DNA of 53,380 nucleotides from Prorocentrum cordatum (GCA_963575745.1 CAUYUJ010000321.1:62001-115380), one strand, 5' to 3'; positions 37,998-51,665 are shown, numbered from the stretch's first letter. Notes: a model not told the origin generated them from the sequence alone. Numbers and translations: made by a program.

Positions 37998-39667
37998 GAC
38001 ACAACGCCGAAAAATTTAACAAACCAGGGCAAGTTATCAACGTTAAGTTTCGCTCGTGCGTCTGACAACTTTTGTGTGTCAGAATGATAACTGTTTGGTT
38101 GTATGATATTTTTTTGTCGGGGCTGTGTTTATCAGCGAATCGTTCAAAATGTGTGTCTGTGTCGTTGCATGTGTGTTGCATGTTTGTTGCAGTTTCGTTG
38201 CATTTTCGTTGCAGTTTCGTTGCAGTTTTGTTGCAGTGTTGTTGCAGTTGTGTTGCAGTTTTTTGTGCAGATTTGGTGCAGATGTGATTGCTGCTTGTTT
38301 TGCTGTTGTGACGTTGCTAATCGTTGGGGCCCAAACTTTCCAGGGCGATCGGGCGTCGGAATGTGCGAAACGTTTGGAGTATCCAGATGTTTGTGCTTAT
38401 TTTTTTCCAATCGCGTTTTTCATCCTCCTCATCATCGCCATCATCATAATCATCATCATCAGATGCATCAGCATCATCAACATCATCATCATCATCCCCG
38501 CCCCGATCCTCGTAATGATCCTCCTCTTCCGCCTCCCCATCATCCTCCTCCTCGACATCCTCTCAATCATCCTCCTCTTCCTCCTTCTCTTCCGCCTCTT
38601 GCTCCTCCTCCCTCGTCCTCCTCCTGCGGCTCCTCCTCCTCCTCCTCCTTTTGCTGCTGTTCCTCCTCCTCCTCCATCCTCTTCCCCCCTCCTCTTCCCC
38701 CCTCCTTCCTCCTCCTCCTACCTCCTCCTCCTCCCGTTCTTTGTTTCTCCTCCTCCTCTTCCTCCGTTCCAGCTCCTCCTCCTCATCCTCCTCCTCCTCC
38801 TCCCCCCCCCCCTCCGCCTCCCCGGCCGCGCCTCCTTCGGGCGGGCGGAGCGGCGGAATTGGCACTGATGGGGGCGACTCGGGTGATATGTTGAAGGATG
38901 GGGGCGCTGTCTCGCAGGCTCAGTTCTGGCGTGTACCTTCAGGGACACCGTCACAAGTCACGCAGAATGTGGTGTACCTCCAGGGGCCCCGTGTACCTTC
39001 AGAAACCCCGTGTAACTTCAGGGACCCCGTCACGCGTCACGCCGTGCACCTTCAGGAGCCTCGCGTGCACCTTCAGGGCCCCCGTCGCTAGCCGACCGTG
39101 AGATATGAGATATGACATTTAGAGCCCACCTACAGAGCTTTCCTCTGGATCTTGCATGTAGAGCGCACCTTCCGATCTTCATACACAACCCCCTCCCCAC
39201 ATCCTCCTCCGCGTCGTCGTCGCCCTCCTCATCCTCCTCCTCCTTCCTTGTCGCCCTCCTCCTGCTATCCTCCTCCTCCTCCTCTTCCTCCTCCTCCTCC
39301 CCTCCTCCTCCTCCTCCTCCTCCTCCTCCTCCTCCTCCCCCTCCTCCTCCCCCCCCTCCTCCCCCTCCTCATCCCCCCCCCCTCCTCCTCGTCCCCCTCA
39401 TGTGTTTCTACATGCGCAGTGTTTAGAATGTACGTTACATGTCGGGCCTCCCTCACATTTTCCCGCGTCAACTGCATGTTCATGGCAACGTGCTGGAACA
39501 CGCAAGCTGCGTTCCACAATCGCGCTGTAACACGCAAGCCGTGTTCCACAATCATAGAATATAAACGCTGTGACACAACAATCAACTCACAATCAACTCA
39601 GATCAAATTCCCACAGTCAAATCAAACTGTGACACAATCCGCTGTGAATCAAATTCCAACAATCAAA

Positions 39668-42666
39668 TCATATCTCTATCCATTCCCACGGTGGCGCGGC
39701 CATGCAATGCAAACCAGACAGATACTTCCCGCTGCATGTGAAACCGACTGTGTAAGGGCTATTTCCAACAACGCACGATTGAAGAAGCTTCTTTGCTTTG
39801 GCCACCATATCCTCCCCTGCATAGCACCACCCACACCTTGGATCCAGGTATTGCGCCTGTATCGCGCTGTGCGCCGAGCAATGTGATTTGATGGCAATGT
39901 CGAAGAGCTTGTAGGCACGAGACTGAAACTGGGCAGCACACGCATTTTGAACAACAAGATAATCAAACACGGACTTGGCATATTGACTAGCATCGGCTCC
40001 TTGCAGTACGTAGGTTCTTTTGTTTCTATCTAAAATGATGTCGATTTTGGCGGAGAGCTCGAGCGCAGCTGCCACCGCCTGGTGTTCAAGCAAAGCTGCG
40101 TTCTTGTGCTTGCCCCACATGATCTTAATAATTGAGAGAGCGTGATCCACCGCCGCTCTACTGTGGAAAATTGCCAACCTTTTCCTCCGGAACCCGGGGG
40201 GTCGCCCCCCCCAACCCCCCCGAAAATCCCCCCCCCCTGCTGGAAACCCCCCCCCCCCCCCCCCCTCCCCCGCAAGAACCCCCCTCCCCCTAACCCCTCC
40301 CCCCCCCCCCCCCCTCCCCCCCTCCCGCTCGAAACCGGGGGGGGGTCACTCTGGTTCGAACCCCTGCCCCCCCCCCCGCTCCGGCCCCTCCGAGCCGAAA
40401 AAAACCGGGGGGGGGTCCACTACCGGTTCGAACCCCCCCCCCCCCCCCCCCCCCCTTTTTACTCACCGTCACCGCCAGCAAACGACTCCCGGTCCCCACC
40501 ACCGTCCGCATCACATCCCCCACTGGTGTTCCCAGCACACAACTGTCCTCACCACCGCTGTCCCCACTGGTTCCACCACCGCCCCTACTGTCCCAACCAG
40601 TGGCCCCACCACTGTCGCACTGTCCCCGCTGTCCCCAGCACTGTTCCCACCACGGTTCCACTCTCCCCACTGTCTCCACGGCCCCAACCACTGCCCGACT
40701 ATCCCCACTGTCCCCACTGTCCCACTGACTCCTCCGCTGTCCCACTGAGCTGTCCCACTGTTCCCACCACTGTCCCCACTGTCCCCACCACTGTCCCCAC
40801 TGTACCTCTGTCCCATTGTCCCACCGCCGTCCTCGCCACCGCCTTCACCACTGTCCCCACCACCATTGTACCCTCCACTGTCCCACTGTTTCCACCTCAT
40901 TCCCATTGTCCCCACACCACTGTCCCCACCACCACCGTCACCACCACTGTCCACTGTCCCCCCCTGTTCCCACCATTGTCCCCACCACTGTCCCCACCAC
41001 TACCGTCCCCACCACTGTCCCACTGTCCCACTGTCCCCCACCACTGTCCCGCTATCCCCTCACCACTGTCCCCACCAACACCGCCCCCACCACTGTCCGC
41101 ACCCCCACTCGGTTTTCGAGGGGGGGGGGTTCGAACCGGTGACCCCCCCGTTTTCGACCGGAGGGGGGGGGGGGTTTCGAACCGGTAGTGACCCCCCCCC
41201 CTTTTTCATGATGATCAGGGGGGGGGGAAGGGGTTCGAACCGGTAGTGACCCCCCCCCGATTTCCCGAGTGGGGGGGGGGGGGGGGGGGGGGAGGGGTTC
41301 GAACCGGTAGTGACCCCCCCCGGTTTTCCGCCAGCAGCGGTAGAACACGCTCTTTCTAATAATTGGAACCAGACATCTAGTTGTTTGTGCCTTTCCTCGC
41401 AACCGAACTGCATATTCTGCTTTTTCTTGAACATGGAGAGCCGCAAATCTGAATACTTGGTATGGCATGCATGTCGTGTGTATCCGCTCATAATCTCATG
41501 CTTCAGCTGATCCATATTCCTTTTAGGGGAACCAGGTAATACTTCGTGGGTGAGCAGGTGCAATATGCTTCCAAGGAGAAATTGGTCTGTACCCATGTGT
41601 TTTACATGCATTACGTCTACGGACAATGCGAAGTGCGTCACCAACATGAACAGGATGTTTGTTCGGAAATCTGGCATTGAAAGCAGCTGTTCCGTGAACG
41701 CGATCGAGCCAACGCGCATTCTCGGAAAGCCCCCACCAAGGAAGCGGACTCGCATTGGCAGGGCAAAGGGCGCACGGGATGTCAGCTGCATGATTAGGAA
41801 GGTCCAAATCCTCACTCCAATATTTCAAATCACCATTGAGCAACCAGAGACACGCACGGAACCCACCAGCTAAAAGTTGGCCAGCTTTCGGCGATCCTGC
41901 AGGCCAAACACCTTCAAATAAAGCAAGAAAGGACGCGATCAGGCGCCTCCAGAACGCATGTTTTGAAGCTTTTGGGAATATTGACGTGGAAACGGAATAG
42001 ATCATGAAATTCGTTGTCAGCGTAGCGCCTTTTCCCGGCAAGCTTGACCACGAGAAAATTGTATACGATTTGGCCCATGCCTTTCCGCATCCACTTACTG
42101 GCACGGCGTCACCGTGCAACGACAATGGCATGAATCTTGATTTCCAATCGGCAACTCCAGCCATGAGATGGTCTGGCATAGCTGGGTGCCCACTGGCTGC
42201 CATCGCATTCCAAAATTCTTCGATACCTGCACCAGAATATACACTCGAAGCAAACATGTTTGGGTACTTATCGTACAGCGCCGAAAATATTTCACGAGGC
42301 CAAAGGAAGCCCTGGGTCTTCTGCGCCACAACCGATTACCCTGGGCCCACCGCAACTGGAATCCGCTCGACGCTTGGCTTCTCGAACGTATAACATTTTA
42401 GCAGGCCAATCAAATCGCGATTGCAATTGTTAGCGCGTGCCCCATGTGTACCAATAGACGAAAACTCCTTAAGTGCGGCCAAATCGCAATCACTACTCAC
42501 GCGAATCGAATCAATAATCTCAGGGGGAATGCAATCGCGAGCTTGGTTCAGAATGTTCTGAAACGTTAGTTCTCGGACCGTCGCGATGTCTCGGTGGGCC
42601 GCCGCCGCCAGCTTCTGCACCGTCTGAGGAAACATGTCACCCCAGCACCACATCTGCACCAACTCC
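39668..42666 (-). pseudogene. CACTA/CMC (EnSpm/Plavaka-like) DDE transposase, disrupted
   Basis: Ordered motifs PLSLHGDAVP, FSWSS, NGDLKY, CALC, DVMHVKHMG, LRGKA, KLF..IKSH..AH and PRCGWCYAGED. Stop at 42336, frameshifts near 41640 and 41425, and an insertion at 40134-41356. Confidence 0.65.
40134..41356. mobile_element. Non-autonomous TIR element with 8-bp TSD inserted in the transposase
   Basis: TSD TAATAATT at 40126-40133 and 41357-41364. TIR GAGAGAGCGTGATCCACCGCCGCT versus GAAAGAGCGTGTTCTACCGCTGCT. Removing it restores in-frame LVPIIKIMW. Confidence 0.92.
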
Positions 42667-43068
42667 TGGGGGGGTGGATGGGGGAGGGCGGGGGCGGGGG
42701 AACTCAGGGCGCGAATTACCTACCCCGCTTTCGCTCCCACGCAAAACCGAGTCATGCCACGCGCCTCCTCGTCAAGCGGCCTGGCCAGCGCAGGCCGTAG
42801 TTTGGCGTCGCGTGGTACCTCTTGGGGGCGAGGGCTGTCAAAAGCGAAGTATGTTTGTTGTCGCCCTGGAAACTGGCGTTGGAGGAGCGGGAGGATGGCG
42901 GCGATAAGCCGAGGCAGGTGGAAACGGAGGATGAGGGGGATGAGCAGGATGAGGAGGAGGAACAGGAGGAGGAGGATGAGAAGGAACAGGACGAGGAGGA
43001 GCAGGAACAGGAGGATGATGCCGAGGAAGATTGCGATAGGATGGGGGGGGGGGGGGGGGGGGGGGGGT

Positions 43069-43127
<59 letters not shown>

Positions 43128-43402
43128 TGGGGGATAAGCGGGAGAGGCAGAAACCCTGGGCAAGACAGTTGGAGACCCGTTTTTGCGGTTGGAGGTGGGA
43201 GGCATACGAAGATGAAGTAGGTGAGGAGGAAGGGCTGCTTGGTTGGAGGGCGAGGGTATTCCACCAAGCTGCTGGAGGCGCTGGATGTCGCCGTAGTAGC
43301 AGCTGCTGATGCTGCCATTGCCCTATGCCGAGCGCCTCCCTTGCGCCGTCCTTTCACCAATCCAATGTGGTAGTTCACAGCGAACAGGGATCTGGAAAGC
43401 TC

Positions 43403-43425
43403 CTTTGAGCCAAAATGGCTACGGA
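43403..43425 (-). other. DinoSL relic (21-nt exact plus one inserted A) upstream of the transposase region
   Basis: Minus strand reads TCCGTAGCCATTTTGGCTCAAAG. ATG at 43318 opens MAASAAATTATSS...LTYFIF, followed by GTATG. Confidence 0.93.
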
Positions 43426-44035
43426 GATATAGCCTGAAGCGCCGCATGTTCAAACATCTGGAATATGTAAGGCTGCTTGGTGCACCAGAGTCTGGAAATC
43501 TGTAATCTGAAACACCGTAGTCTGAAGCGCACTGGAACATGGAAAGCTGATTTGCGTTGAGATGCAGTCTGGAGCGCTGCAAGTTCAATCGCCCACTTAT
43601 TGTCGAACTGCAGGGCCCAGGATTGGGAAAGGGAGGGCCACGAGATCGAGGTAGCCGTCAGATGCCCCATCCTATCTACCTGCAGAGCATACCTTCAGAG
43701 CTTACCCTCAGAGCCTACCTCTCAGAGCCTATCCCCAAATATCATGCACACCATCCTTGCCAACGACTGTCCCCAATGGTGACCTTCAGATCCTACGTTT
43801 ACATATTACCACTGAAAACATACATGGTCATCGCCCTGTTTACATGGAGAGCTGGACGTCAGAGCCTACCTTCAGATCCTGTAGTCATGGCATACCTGTC
43901 AGAGCTTACCTTGAGGGATGTCCGACGACATCCCAGCTTATGCTTATCCCCAGGTATCGCCAGGGCTTGATTTCAGAGCCTGTCTTCTGAGCTTGCTCTC
44001 AGAGCTTGCGTTCACAGCTTGCAATTATGGCTACT

Positions 44036-44142
44036 TCAGAGCTACCCTCAAAGCTACCTTCAGAGCTACCTTCAGAGCTACCTTCAGAACTACCTTCAAA
44101 GCTACCTTCAGAGCAACCTTCAGAGCTACCTTCAGAGCTACA
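44036..44142. repeat. 12-bp tandem repeat TTCAGAGCTACC; degenerate copies at 43675-44010
   Basis: About 9 units. Confidence 0.9.
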
Positions 44143-44658
44143 TCCAGCGCACTCCCGCCCCCACATACCCATCGCTGCGTCCAAATCGCCCTCCCGCGAA
44201 AGAGAATGAGCTGAGGCGCGCAAGCGACATCTTTTAGATCACGCCGCCGCGCTGCGAACTCCGCGGGGCGCGCAGTGCCCGATGGCGGGCTCGATGTACG
44301 TGGAACTGCCAGATGGCAGCACACGTAATCCCAATTAATGTTGACGCCGATGGGCACAATACTTCACACCTGCCCGACCCACGACGCAGGCGACAACTCT
44401 CTTGGACAAAGCAATAGAGAACACGATGGCAGGGTGCGCGCGTAGGGAACATGATGGATGAGTAGGTTGCGTGGGCAGGGTGCTCGAGTAGAGTGCGCGA
44501 GCAGGGGTCAATGATGCATGGCAGGGCGATGCAGGGTGTGGGAGTGATGCATGGCAGGGCGCGTGAGTAGGGTGCCTGGGTAGGGTGCAAATGGGGCGAT
44601 CTGGATGAGAGGGGTGCGACGGGGGGGGGGGGGGCGACGGGGGGGGGGGGGGGGGGGT

Positions 44659-44701
<43 letters not shown>

Positions 44702-45184
44702 GGGGGGGGGGGGCTACACAGTGTGTACCAATGCATAGCATATGCCATGTTCTGCCTGGGCTGCAATTATTGCAAAGGAGTGCACTTCTGACTTAGGCGA
44801 TTTGAAACAAAAGCATGAAAAAAAACCAAACCTACACGCTCTTGTCACCGTCACGCGTTATGCAACACTCGCACATGTTGCCACATCTACGATACACGCT
44901 GTCACCAGCATATGATGGCACAGCCACATGTGTTACCACAGTCGCATACTACATGTACCGCACTCGCTGACAATCGCCAATGGTCATCAACATAAGAATG
45001 GCTGGATACGGCACAAATGCAAAAGCATGTCTACACACACGAAAGTGTCGTTGCGTATACTGCACGTGGAATTATGTAACACTTCCTCTTCCTCCTCCTC
45101 CTCCTTTTCCTTATCCTCCCCCGACTCCTCCCCCTCCCTTGCCCCACCCCCCTCTATAGTTATCGTGTAAGCACCGTGTCTGCT

Positions 45185-45721
45185 CTACTGCTTGTTGCCC
45201 CTCTGCTGCTTCCCCTTGACGATCATCTGCAAGCGAGGCGTCTCCTTCCAGTGGTTCCGCATCGCCGTGGTGTGGTTGTCGAAGAGCATCTTCGCCTGGC
45301 GATCAACGGCAACATACATAGTCTCACATTGCCCCGCGTCCCCATCTTGATCCTCCCCACGCCCTTGCAGTGAGCGCACCGTCGTAATGATAATCACACT
45401 TACAATAACCCGCGTCATCACCATAACCATGTTACCGTCAAACCACCCCCCAATAAGCATCATCATCATCACCGTCATCGTCATCGTCACCATCATCATC
45501 ATCGTCATCGTCATCGTCCGCATCATCGACATCATTATCGTAATCATCGTCATCATCGGTGCCCGCCAACATCGCTGAACACCGCTGTACTCACATACAA
45601 GAGCAAAGCAAACAAGCAAACGTGCGTTGCCTGCATATGGTTGATCTTCTCCTTCTTCGCGTTCTTGCCGAAGCGCCCGATGGCGGCCAGCTCAGCGGCG
45701 GCCTCCGCCCCTATCTCACGT

Positions 45722-45768
<47 letters not shown>

Positions 45769-46689
45769 GTATCTCACCCTCGTTGCCTATCCATCTTCTG
45801 CGCGACTACTCCCCACCTCGCTCCTACACCTCACCCTCGGTGACGAGCGAAGATTTTTTCCGCGCCCTGGCGTCTAAAGGAACCATCCCGTGTCTACCTG
45901 CAGCCCCAGCTTGCCCAGCGTGTCCTCGCCGCTGTCCTTGTCCTTGCCGCTGTCCGTGCCCAGCGCCAGCTCGCCCTTGCCGCTGTCCTTGTCCTTGCCG
46001 CTGTCCGTGTCCAGCGCCAGCTCGCCCTTGCCGCTGAGCTGCTCCCGCGTCTCCTGCTGATGTTGCTGCGCCCCGAGCTGCTCCTGCTGGTTATGTTGCT
46101 GCTGTGGTGCTGCTGCGGCTGCTGCTGCTGCTGGGGCCCACGGGTGGTGCTCCGCTGCGTTCCTGTGCTTGCCCTTGCCGCTGTCCATGACCAGCTCCAC
46201 GTCGCCCTTGCCGCTGAGCTGCTCCTGCTCCATCGGCCGCTGCTGATGCGCCCCAAGCTGCCCCTGCTGCCGCTGCTCTTGCTGCTGGTCGCTCGCACCG
46301 CCAATGCCCTTGCACTTCGACGTCAACAACTTCATCGCGTGGATCGTCGGGCGAGCCTTCCTGGGCGGCGCGACGCGCGGCGGCACGACGCGCGGCGGCA
46401 CGACGCGCGGCGCGAGGGGCGCCCGCGCTGGGGGCCGCAGCAGCGCTGGCGGCGGGGGGCACCGCGGTGGATGCGGACCCAAGAGCGCGGGCGGCGGGGG
46501 GCACCGCGGTGGATGGGGAGCCAAGGGCGCGGGCTCTGGCGGTTGCGGCGGAACCAAGGCCGCGGGCTTCGGTGGTGGCGGAGGCGGGGGCCACCACGGT
46601 GGACGCGGCACCGACTTGGTGGGCCGCTGCTTGACTGCCGCCTGCGCGTACTGCTTCGGCCGCAGATAGGGGGGCGGCATTGGGGCCAT
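45185..46689 (-). CDS. Pro/Gln-rich hypothetical protein, probably multi-exon, possibly a pseudogene
   Basis: MAPMPPPYLRPKQ... with repeated QLSGKGELALDTDSGK units. Further exon-like blocks near 45712-45630 (IGAEAAAELAAIGRFGKNAKKEK) and 45365-45185. Confidence 0.5.
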
Positions 46690-46706
46690 CTTGGAGCCGG
46701 ACCTTC

Positions 46707-46727
46707 CTCGAGCCACAAGGCTACGGA
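46707..46727 (-). other. Degenerate DinoSL relic (19/22)
   Basis: Minus strand TCCGTAGCC-TTGTGGCTCGAG, 17 nt before ATG 46689. Confidence 0.75.
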
Positions 46728-47099
46728 AGAGTGTGGTGATGTTCGTGGACGTTCGAGGTTGTTTCATTCCGTTTGTGCGTTTGTGTCGGCATTCGATGTC
46801 CGTTCCGTGATTTCCGATGTTCGTCAACGTTCGATTTGGTTTCGTTGATGTGTCGTAGATGTCAGATTTGCGTTGGCATTCAGATTTGTTATTTTCGGTT
46901 CTCGTCAGCTTCGGCGTTCGTTTATTCGAATCTGGCCACGAGTGATGGCGGCGGGACGAAGGGCACGGGAGCGAGAGGGCAAGGGAGGTCTCAGGAGGGG
47001 GTCGAGGAAGGAACATTGGGGGCGAGGGGAGGAGGGGCTTAGGAGGGAACGCTGGTGGAGGGAAAGGGCGGGGGTAATGAGGTGATGGAAAATCAAACA

Positions 47100-49900
47100 A
47101 CTTGAGGACGGGGGGGTCCCCTTCCCGCCGATTGACCTTCCATGATCTGATCGTCGAAGATGCTTGGAAGCTCGATCTGCAGGGCCTCCGACTCCGCGGA
47201 CGCCTCCATCGCGTCGCTCACGAGGAGGCCGGCCGCGCACTCGGCCTCGTTGATCGCCGGCATGAGGTCCTAATAAATGGCAGCATTAATAACACATTCG
47301 ATCTAGATAGCATGGGGATACAATAAGGCAAACAACATCGGACTCGTGACACCCACGGTGAGTAGCAACGAATGAAACAATGCAAGCTCCTCCGCATGGC
47401 GAAACGAGGTATTGTATTAGACAGAACAAAAAAACTATGTATGAGATATTCCACCACACGAAGAAGACCACATATATCATGGTGATCAACTCAACCACAC
47501 GAAACAGTCAAGACATTCGCTTCATCAATGTAGTACATATTGGTTACATTGAAGTAGGTACTCATACATCGCTGATATTGCATCCTTCCGTCATCGGTCT
47601 GCATCCCCCTCACCCCCAATGCATACTGCAGTAGGCTCTTTCTGGTAGGGGAAGTTGCCAGCCGCAGAACCAGAACTCGAACTCTTCTCTGGGATGTCCC
47701 ACGTGAACATCTTGATCGCCTGCTTGGCCAACTCCGCCTGCTCCTTGCTCGCTTTTTTCCGGCCCTTGATGCTAAAGGAGTGCCTCGCCCAAACAACAAT
47801 ACTCAACTGTGTGACAAGGCGCGCAGTCCAACCACCCGCCTCACCCATCATGTACTAATATGTGATACGTTATCGTCCCGATGCTGAAACATCATCTCAG
47901 TTACCTCTCCATATCAATCAATGTCATTCCCCCCATCGGCACCACCGCACTCATGCCGTCCCCGTCTGCTACATGCCCTGCCCATCGTGCCTGCTGCCGT
48001 GCGTTTGCACAGTGCGCGATGAGCAAGAAACGCAGTGCTCAACTTTGCCGACCGTCGTGCGATAGAATTCCCCTTTCTCCTCTGCCTCCTTGAACCTCTC
48101 CTCGTCGCCCCCGTAATACATACTTATGAATTGCAGAGTCGGGGGCGGCAGTTTCTGCTTCTCGCCCTTGTGCTCCTCGTACTTTGAATACAAGTCCTGC
48201 GGACGCGCATCTGGTCACACTGGGCCACCTTCAGCGCCCACGAGGAAGATGGGGAGGCGGAAGAGGGAAGGACCTTCAGCGCTACCTTCAGAAAACCTTT
48301 ATCGCACCACTGTATATTCAGAGCCATCTCGAGCACATCGCTCATGAGGAGAACGAAAGGGAGGAGGAAGAGGGATGAACCTTCAGTGCTACATTTAGAA
48401 TTAGAAACCACTATCGTCCTACTGTTATATTCAGAGCCAACTGCAATATCAATGCAGATTAGGAGGGGGTTGCACGACGATGAGTAACGCGGAAGCACGC
48501 ACCGACATCATATTGCATCGTGTGGTACACAAAATAAGCATGATTGGCAAAAGTGAAATAAATAAGCAATCACAGAAGCATGACTCCTGGAAGTACTCAG
48601 AGTCAGTATTCAGCGCCAGCGCGCCGTCTGCGTTGAGCTGCACCGCCCCCGCGATGAACTTCTGCTCTTTTGCCCTCCCAAGCCCGCGCCCTTATCGATG
48701 CAGGAATGCGCCCGTGAGCTCTTCGCACGATACTTGTAGTCATTTCAAGATTCTCTCCCTATCCGTACACATACGCATGAATCTGTCGAGCGTGGGTCAA
48801 CGCACAAACTACACCTGCATTCGCCCATGCATTGGTGACCCGTTACACGTGCATCCAACCTATCCCTCCCCCCACCGTTTCCCAAGGCCCTTTCTGATTT
48901 TGGCTAGCTGGTCCATCAGCGCGTCAGGGATCTCGCCGCTGTGCGCGTTGAAGAACCGAACCTTCCTCCTCCTCAGTTTCTCAGTGTCCTGCAACTGGCG
49001 GCCGTTATGGCATGCCAATTGATGCCCATGGCCTTAACCGCCCCCCCGTGAACCATGCTTCCCCAATCTACACATATTCGGAATTAGATGCGCGCGTACG
49101 AACACAGTGGCACATATTCTCATGCATTACGAATGATGTGCAAACAGCGACACGCATTATCATACAGCCACAATGAAATGCGAACAGCATGACACATATT
49201 ATCATACATTACCAAAGAAGTGCTAACAACGACACATATTCTCACCATATAACTGGCATGCGAACCACGTTACACCTATTCTTGCACTTTGGCACTGAGC
49301 CCGTTCAAACCAAATAAAACATAATACGCTGACAGGCTGAAGATAAGCTCAAAGATAGAAGTTGGACCCCCCACCATCATCTTCAGCAGCAGCGGCCGCA
49401 GCGGGCGTCCGCAGCGGGAACATGCGCGCGGGTTTGTTCTTCAAGATCTGTCCTTCTTCATCTGGATCGCAAGCAGCTGGCCGCTTACCAACGACAGCAG
49501 GTTTCTTGGTCAAGGGTGCGTCGTCCGTGCCCTGGCGAAAACGGGGGGAGGGGGGGGACAACAGGAGCAGGACAACGTATTGTTTCCATGATGGTGCTTG
49601 TGGGCGTCATGTTTGACATGGCACATTCGAAACAATGCGCGACAAAGCAATCGCGTACTGCAGATCATCACAATCATGGCATTCCTCCCCGCTCCTACAT
49701 AGTCCTGCCTACCTCCTCTCCTGCGCCGCAGCAACGCAACGCGCTCCTCCTCCTCGTCGGCCACCTCCGCATCATCTTCAGGTTCATCATCATCGTGTGC
49801 GGATTTCTTGTTCATCGCCTTCTTGACGCGCTCCTTCCAGTCGTCCATGTTCGCGGCCAAGTCCATTTGTTTGGGCGCCGCGCCGCGCTCTAGCACTCTG
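47100..49900 (-). CDS. Multi-exon hypothetical gene (about 7 short exons), product unknown
   Basis: Protein-like blocks separated by AT-richer spacers near 49900-49720, 49530-49350, 49030-48890, 48680-48585, 48195-48030, 47790-47630 and 47270-47100. Confidence 0.5.
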
Positions 49901-50304
49901 CAGGAAAAGAAACTGGCGGAATCATGGCGACAATAATGTGCAGAGTGTAACATATCTGGAATGTGATGCAATTCGGCGTTGGCGACTTTTGACAATGAAC
50001 AGAATTCGAAGCATCAACGCACTACATTCATATCACATGCCACACGTCTACACATTGAAGCCACCCTGACACTGCGACGATCAATACCGAGGCAACGATT
50101 GAGCATCCTGGAGCGGCTGCGAAGGTAACTGCACGATATGAGGCCTGCGACTTACACGTCGGAATACATGTGGGTCCAATCGTCGCGCGATCTCGTTCTC
50201 ATGACTTACTCGAACTACAGCGCACCGCGTGTAATGTGACACCGTTGCGATATCAACTGCGCACACATACACGATATATAGCTACAGTTTCGGTGAAGTT
50301 TCAA

Positions 50305-50860
50305 TCAAATTGCAACAAAACTGAAATATTCGGTTTGCAGTTTCGTTGAGAGTTCAAGAACACCGCAACGAAACTGCAACGAAACTGCAACAAAACTGCA
50401 ACAAAACTGCAATGAGTTCTTGCAGTTTCGTTGCAGTTTCGTTGCAGTGTAGTTGCAGTTTCGTTGCAGTTTCGTTGCAGTTTCGTTGCAGTTTCGCTGC
50501 AGTGTTGTGGGGTGTGCTTAAAACCTTAATAATTAATAAACGTTTCATACTACCACATAAAACGGCAACAAAACTGCAACACAACTGCAACAAAACTGCA
50601 GCAAAACTGCAACACAACTGCAACAAAACTGCAACAAAACTGCAGATTCGCGTTGCAGTGTTGTTGCAAATGTGTTGAAACTGCAACAAAACTGCAACTC
50701 GGTCGGTGCAGTTTTGTTGCAGTTGTGTTGACAATTCAACAAAACTGCAACTCGTTCGTTGCAGTTGTGTTGCAGTTTTGTTTGAAATTCAACAAAACTG
50801 CAACTCGTTCGTTGCAGTTGTGTTGCAGTTTTGTTTAAAATCAAACAGAACTGCAACTGA
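50305..50860. repeat. 11-bp (TGCAACAAAAC) arrays in alternating orientation; related array at 38160-38280
   Basis: Forward and reverse blocks form two large hairpins. Confidence 0.88.
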
Positions 50861-51665
50861 AATAATTCAGATTGATTGCGTACTGGGTTGACATTCCTTA
50901 TTACTATAAGTATGAATGGCTATGTGAATAGACGTATGTATTTGCTACGATATGGTATGGGGTGCGATCGAACATTGCAATGAAGGCATGAGTTCTCTCT
51001 GGTGCGCGCGTGCTGCTATCATCCTGACTGCTAACCATTCGAAACAACGTGGGACTTGGAAACGTAAACGTCAGCGTGTCAGTTGGCCCAACCATGACAA
51101 AGTTACGCTCGAGTGCATACTCGAAGAGAATCAGCCGCATAACGCGGAAGCAAATACCATGTCGAGAGCACCAACCCCGCGTGTCTGAATTGAACTTGAC
51201 GAACCGCTGCAAGCACACATGCATGATTGAACACGTTGCCCATATCCGCAAACGCAACGTTCCTTTTGCAGCGAGGCAAGCACACAGCCCTGAACGATGC
51301 ATCACTTGGACGCCGCACGCCCATCTAAACCAGGAGACCCCGTATCTCCCGAACCATATGCATGCGGTATAAATAGCCGCTTCTGGAGCTTACGGGCACG
51401 CGCTCGCGGGGTGGAAATGACGAGGGGGAAGATGAGGAGGCGGGGGCAGTAGGGGCTGAGGATTTGCCCGATGATGTCATTATCCTAAAGGTGATAAGGG
51501 GGACGGCAAATAGGGAGTGATAGGAGGGGGGCGCATCGATACCAAATTAGCTAGTCAATGGCCTGATCAAACAATGCCGACCCATCCCTCTGGCGACGAG
51601 CCCCCATATTCATAAACCTTCCTTCCGAACCAAAAGGGGAAAGAAATAACCGCACTACGCATTAC

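Noticed and set aside
43023..43130. Poly-G tracts (also ~44620-44713) as functional G-quadruplexes
   Set aside because: Probably degraded base calls of (GGA)n or homopolymer error; cannot be judged without reads.
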